Assembly (NCBI GenBank): GCA_040285855.1
Contig: JAUFOQ010000003.1
Span: forward strand, 434,001 to 498,000
Direction of reading: 5' to 3'
Source: Eukaryota sp. GEM-RC1
Taxonomy: Eukaryota
DNA: 64,000 nt
The notes under the pieces were generated by a model, which had not been told where the DNA came from, did no database searches, and was given only the letters and a program-made list of their open reading frames with translations. This document shows positions 59,216-64,000 of this stretch, piece after piece. The stretch's first letter is position 1. Every line of letters begins with the position of its first letter. The translations under genes and the position numbers were made by a program.

Positions 59216-61758
59216 TAGAGATGGGAGCCGGCTAAATTTAGCCGGCTCAGCCGGCTAGCCGAGCCAGCCGGCTGTCCCAAATTGGAAATATTTCCAGCTG
59301 CAAGCCGGCTGGCTCAAATAACTTTTAGCCGGCTCAAGCCGATTATTGAAATTTCATTTTTGACAGCTGAAATATTTATAATTCGTTCATGAATTGATAC
59401 AAACATAACATTGCAGGACATTAAATATTAAAACTAAAGAATTTCTATAAAAATAATCTTTATCAACATTAGCACAATAATCAGCAGTTTACATTCTTCA
59501 CATCAATTTGCAATGGACATTACTTTGGTCTCTGACAATGAAGAACCTATAGAAGTATCTCAAAGCAACTCTTCCAACGACATAGTTTCCTTAGAACTCC
59601 TCAAGCCTCTTCCCAAAGATATTGCTCCTTTCTTCCAACAGGCGGCCAAGAAACTCCCAAATGGTGATATAGAAGTGCGTACTGAAACCATCGAATGTAA
59701 ATTTTGTGTCTCTAAGCGCTACAAGTCATCGACAGCCACAGGTAACTTGCGTTCTCATGTGAGAAAGCACCATAATAAGCTCTATGAATCTGAAGTTCCT
59801 CCCCTTAAAAAGAGTCGACAAATAACTGAATATCTTCAGCCAACAGAACGCTCCTTCAAAAAAGATCCAAGTGGAGTAATTCCTCTCATTGTTGATCATA
59901 TTCTTGCTGATCAACATCCATTGTCGTACATTGAATCTCCAACTCTCTTGAAGATCCTTCAGTTTTACGAACCGTCTGTGAGTCTACCGTGCAGAAAAAC
60001 GATTACGGATACGATATTGAATTTATTCGCACAAAAAAAGTTATTGCTTCAAGAAACGCTGGCACTTAACACTTCGAAGATGTCTCTTACGTCCGATTTG
60101 TGGACTTCAAATAATGGGACACCCTATATTTCTGTCGTAGGCCACTACATTAATGACGCATATGAGCTACTTACATGCACTCTCGATATCTCTTACTTGC
60201 CTTTTCCGCATACCGCAGAAATGATTTCAGCGAAACTGAACACCATTATTGCTGATTATGGGCTTCAAACCAAGACACAATCATGGACAACTGACAATGC
60301 TGGGAACATTGTGAATGCAGTTGATTTACTGAACGAAAGGTCTGAAAATCAGCGATGCTTTGCTCATGTTTTAAACATCATGGTCCAGAATGGATTGCCC
60401 TTTATACAAGCCAGTATACTTAAGATTCAAAAATTGACGTCTAAAACCCATATGTCCAGTTCATTGAATGAAAAGCTCAAAACTTGCGCCAAAGACACAG
60501 GCAAAAAATTTCAAAGAATTCCCTCTGACGTTCCTACTCGCTGGAATAGTACATATCTCATGCTAAAAACGTATCACGACCAGTTGGCTATCATTAATTA
60601 CTTCTTACAAAATGAGCAAATTACTGAACTAATATTATCTGATTTTGAAACAGTAACATTGTCAAAGCTGTTGAAACTGTTGAAACCATTCTATGATATC
60701 ACAACCGATCTTTCATCTGCATCTGACGTGACAATTTCCCATACAATTCTGTATTGGGAAACCATAAAAGAAGTGCTAGATGTTGAAATTGCCAAATTTG
60801 GCCAAGGAGTACTAAACAGCAATTTGGCAGAATTGGAGAATATTCGCCGGAAGTCAGACCTGCACAAAAAGATGCAGGAATTGAGTGAGGTATATCCAAA
60901 CAAAGTAACCGGTTTTTGTAGCATCTTTATGAAGAAAATCATTGCTAAGTACGATGCCAATGTACTGAATGACACGACCAAGATTGCAACTGTGATGGAT
61001 CCGTCTATCAAGTTAAGTCCTTTAATGTGGCCAACGCATGTGAACTTGCAGGAAGTTAGACATCTGCTATTAACACGCCTTCAGGAGGAGTATAGCAGTG
61101 AAAATGGAGGAAGAGAAGTGAGAAAGAAGACCAAATCCTTCAGAGCTAAGCTTAAGATCATCAAAGAATCTGTGTCCCAGAACAGTACCACAGATGAACG
61201 TTCTGACTCTGAGGATCTATCAGTTGAAAAGGAGTTAGATACGTATCTTTCTATGTTTTCGGCCGAGAATGACAATCCCTTAGATTGGTGGAGAGTAAAC
61301 TCTGAAAACTTTCCTCTGATGAGCAAATTTGCAAGGGATATGTTAGCTGTTCAAGCGACCTCCGTTAGTAGTGAACGATTGTTTTCACAAACTGGTAACG
61401 TAATAACTAAGAAGCGTTCCCGGTTAGATGACACCACGGTAACTGCATTAATGTGTTTGCGGTGCTGGCTTTTGAACGAAGAAGATCAGAAAGACGATGA
61501 GTAGAGTAGCGATAATTGAAGAATAGGGTAGAATTTATGTATAACAATAATGAACCACATAAAACAAATCTATCAAAGAGAAGACACTGAAAGCATATGC
61601 TTTGACAAAACAGTTAAACAATAAATCTACATCAAACTCATTGCGGCTGAGCCGGCTAAAGCCGGCTTGAGCCGGCTAAACTATGTTGGAAGCCATAGCC
61701 GGCTAACTAGTACCTGCAGCTGAGCCGTGAGCAAAATTTGAGCCGGCTCCCATCTATA
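59216..61758 (+). mobile_element. Complete hAT DNA transposon
   Basis: 18-bp TIRs tagagatgggagccggct / agccggctcccatctata (1 mismatch); 8-bp TSD ctaaattc (59208-59215, 61759-61766); agccggct subterminal arrays. Confidence 0.95.
59513..61504 (+). CDS. hAT transposase (BED zinc finger, DDE, dimerisation domain), uninterrupted 663 aa
   Basis: CKFC..TGNLRSHVRKHH, SLTSDLWTS, TTDNAGN, RCFAHVLN, DVPTRWNSTYLML, PLDWW..FPLMSKFARD..ATSVSSERLFS. Confidence 0.96.
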   Translation: MDITLVSDNEEPIEVSQSNSSNDIVSLELLKPLPKDIAPFFQQAAKKLPNGDIEVRTETIECKFCVSKRYKSSTATGNLRSHVRKHHNKLYESEVPPLKKSRQITEYLQPTERSFKKDPSGVIPLIVDHILADQHPLSYIESPTLLKILQFYEPSVSLPCRKTITDTILNLFAQKKLLLQETLALNTSKMSLTSDLWTSNNGTPYISVVGHYINDAYELLTCTLDISYLPFPHTAEMISAKLNTIIADYGLQTKTQSWTTDNAGNIVNAVDLLNERSENQRCFAHVLNIMVQNGLPFIQASILKIQKLTSKTHMSSSLNEKLKTCAKDTGKKFQRIPSDVPTRWNSTYLMLKTYHDQLAIINYFLQNEQITELILSDFETVTLSKLLKLLKPFYDITTDLSSASDVTISHTILYWETIKEVLDVEIAKFGQGVLNSNLAELENIRRKSDLHKKMQELSEVYPNKVTGFCSIFMKKIIAKYDANVLNDTTKIATVMDPSIKLSPLMWPTHVNLQEVRHLLLTRLQEEYSSENGGREVRKKTKSFRAKLKIIKESVSQNSTTDERSDSEDLSVEKELDTYLSMFSAENDNPLDWWRVNSENFPLMSKFARDMLAVQATSVSSERLFSQTGNVITKKRSRLDDTTVTALMCLRCWLLNEEDQKDDE

Positions 61759-61859
61759 CTAAATTCACAATTTTATGCATGCCAAAATAATGTCTGCGCA
61801 TACATTTAAATCCGTTTGATAATTTAATAACACTAACGCTTGTTCATCCACGTATGATT

Positions 61860-62220
61860 CCTTTCGATCAGTATCACCTGATCTTGGAAAAGACTCTGTG
61901 GCATTAAGCGTGAGTAAAGTAACTGTTTCGTTTAATAAGTTGGCCATATTTCTATTTACTAAAACATATAGATTTTCTGTCCGTTCGCCTTTTTCTCTTT
62001 TTGGCTCGCTTGTCCCAAAGACATGAAATTGTTACAAGAGTTTGGCGTTGCAAAAATTCTTTCAACCAAAGCTATTGGACGAACAGATTGGTATTGTGTG
62101 TTTTCAAGGGTATTCCTCAAATGCTGAAAAGAACCCTGATTACTTTAGGTGAGTATTATGGGGAGAAGATTAACAACTCACATATGGGAACGCATATGAT
62201 CTTTCTACGTATTACAATGT
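61860..62220 (+). mobile_element. Degenerate 3' fragment of CRE-like element
   Basis: FCPFAFSL and FNQSYWTNRLVLCVFKGIPQML. Confidence 0.6.
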
Positions 62221-62625
62221 CTGGCCTTTTGAGGATCTATTAATTTTACAGTTATATTCAACCAGATTTTTAGGTGAAGTCTGTGCCGTACAATTATGTA
62301 ATCAGTGTACACTAAAATTTGATACAAAAACTTCATTCATCACAATCTAGTTAAGCTTTGGAGTCTTTACGGTACATTTGCCTCTGTACCGTTAGTTTGA
62401 TCCTTCTTAGAAGCCTACTAGTACATTGAAAATCTTTCATCATTTTTTGTTAGGGACAACTACTAATAGTAAAAACAAAATTGGGTCACAAAGTTGATCA
62501 AGTAGTTTGATAGTTTATTAACAGAAAAATAGCTGTTTATGTCATCGATTTGCAAGAGTTCCACTGTCTACACTACTTTGGATATTGCACTTACAATTTT
62601 TTTTTCATTTTCGAATTATTTATTC

Positions 62626-63078
62626 TAAATGTAATAGACAATAACACTACAGTGTACATACATCTAATAATCAAATATCCTCAAAGTCCAGATTGCCGAA
62701 CTGGATTTTTTCATTTCACCTTATCTTCATAATGGCTGCCAAGAGATAATAAAGCGCTAGATACAGAAGTGACCATACCTTCAAAGATAGCAAACACGAT
62801 TCGATTTTTCGAAAATCTAAGATCAAAAGTCCTAGATGTTTTTTCTTGTACAATCATCACAAAGGTTTCAAGATGCTGCAGATTCACCTAAAGAACCGTA
62901 TAGTGAAAATACAAAAGGGTACAACAAGTAATTCGAGTGTGAAGCAGAATTCAATAATTTCAATTTAGCACAATATTTTTGCATTTTAAATTTTTCACCA
63001 ATCAACAAGGAATTTTTAGCTTTAGATTAAGCAAGTTTCTTGTTGGAATCAGTGCAAACATCGATAGACATAACATCA
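62626..63078 (-). mobile_element. 3' end of CRE-like element, close copy of ~2742-3195
   Basis: Colinear nucleotide match, e.g. acactacagtgtacatacatctaataatcaa and aaaatctaagatcaaaagtcctagatgttttttct. Confidence 0.88.
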
Positions 63079-64000
63079 TGTTGACTATACCGTCAAATGG
63101 GGTACTAGTATCAGAGAAAATATAAGACATAGGTTTATGAGACGGAGATAAGTAAAATCTAATGGGTAAAATATAAAAATAAACAACATTGGTCTTCTCT
63201 CTCTTCTTTCAAGGGTAAAAATTAAAACTAGAGGGTTGAAGTTGATTAACGTTTCTTTCTGGGTGAAGTTCGAGTAGTAGTCTTGGAAGACTGTTTCTTC
63301 AGGAAGGTAGAGTAAGCAGCGGTGTTACGAATCTCAGAGAGAGGTTCCCAAGTAGGTTCGGATGCACCGACCCACCTGACGAGGCAGCGCTGGCGAGTAG
63401 TGTCGATGTTCAGGACTTCTTCGACGAGATGCTCAGCACGGTCTTGAGCAGCAACAGCTGAGAGGTAATCAGGATTAGTTGATTGAGGGAGAAAAGGTTG
63501 TAAAGAAGAGATATTGGCTAGAGTTTCTGAGCCAGTCAATAAGTTTAGAATTTTCACATGGTTTCGACCTGTGAAAACCTTGGTAACGAGGAAGGGACCT
63601 TTCCAGGGGCTTTGAAGCTTGGCGGACTTGTCGAAGGCTCAGAGCACATAGGAGCCTTCCTTGAACAGATGATCCACGTTGTTACTCTGGGGGAGAGTAG
63701 GAGGATTCAGATTAGTCTCTGCCTTTTCCCACTTTTCGAGGAGAGAGGCGGAGACACTTTCGATGGTTCGGAGCCATGAAGTGGCAGGAATGCTAGAGTT
63801 AGTGAGTTTTTCTAGGATTTTGGTAGGCGGATTCCTTGGGTCAATGGATGACTCTGTTCCAAACACCATTTCGAAAGGTGTAAAGCCTGTTCTTCTGCAT
63901 TTAGTGCAGTTGATTAGCAATTGCGTCATGGGAAGGTACCCAGACCAATTATCGTAATCGTTGAAGTCTGCGAGTAATTTTCTTAAAGTATGCAGGACAT
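63079..64000 (-). mobile_element. 3' end of chromodomain-bearing Ty3/gypsy LTR retrotransposon (integrase tail, GPF motif, chromodomain, PPT, candidate 110-bp LTR)
   Basis: NWSGYLPMTQLLIN..TGFTPFEMVFG; KLQSPWKGPFLV; LVEEVL..CLVRWVGASEPTWEPLSEI; purine tract gaaagaagagagagaag (63210-63194), then TGTTG...CAACA (63188-63079). Confidence 0.88.

Overview
AT-rich, gene-dense eukaryotic window from a flagellated protist (CFAP57 and an axonemal dynein-light-chain-like gene are present). It is intron-poor and looks metamonad-like, but I cannot assign the taxon from sequence alone. Host genes include a PH/coiled-coil protein, cathepsin B-like protease, TFIIH p52, a BSD protein, an INCENP-like protein, FAM76, GST, CFAP57, an EB1-like protein, BI-1/Lifeguard, a DDX55-like helicase, RNA Pol I RPA2, an LMBR1-like protein, a RasGEF and a BTB-Sel1 gene, plus tRNA-Cys(GCA) and tRNA-Arg(CCT). 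Many conserved genes are split by single-base indels, often in homopolymers, most likely long-read assembly errors. Two 31-32 nt spliceosomal introns can be read directly. Intergenic space is full of mobile DNA: about a dozen CRE-like non-LTR fragments, an intact hAT transposon with TIRs and an 8-bp TSD, non-autonomous hAT elements, TA-flanked MITEs and the 3' end of a chromodomain Ty3/gypsy element. The most notable locus is 34.3-36.5 kb. A Ulp1/C48 protease reading frame sits directly upstream of, and in the same frame as, a Fanzor (eukaryotic TnpB-like RNA-guided nuclease) RuvC/zinc-finger region whose RuvC-III Asp is Asn. Candidate omegaRNA hairpins follow and are interrupted by a MITE. 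A second, decayed Fanzor fragment missed by the ORF track lies at 1.3-1.65 kb. All family calls rest on motif recognition; no searches were run.
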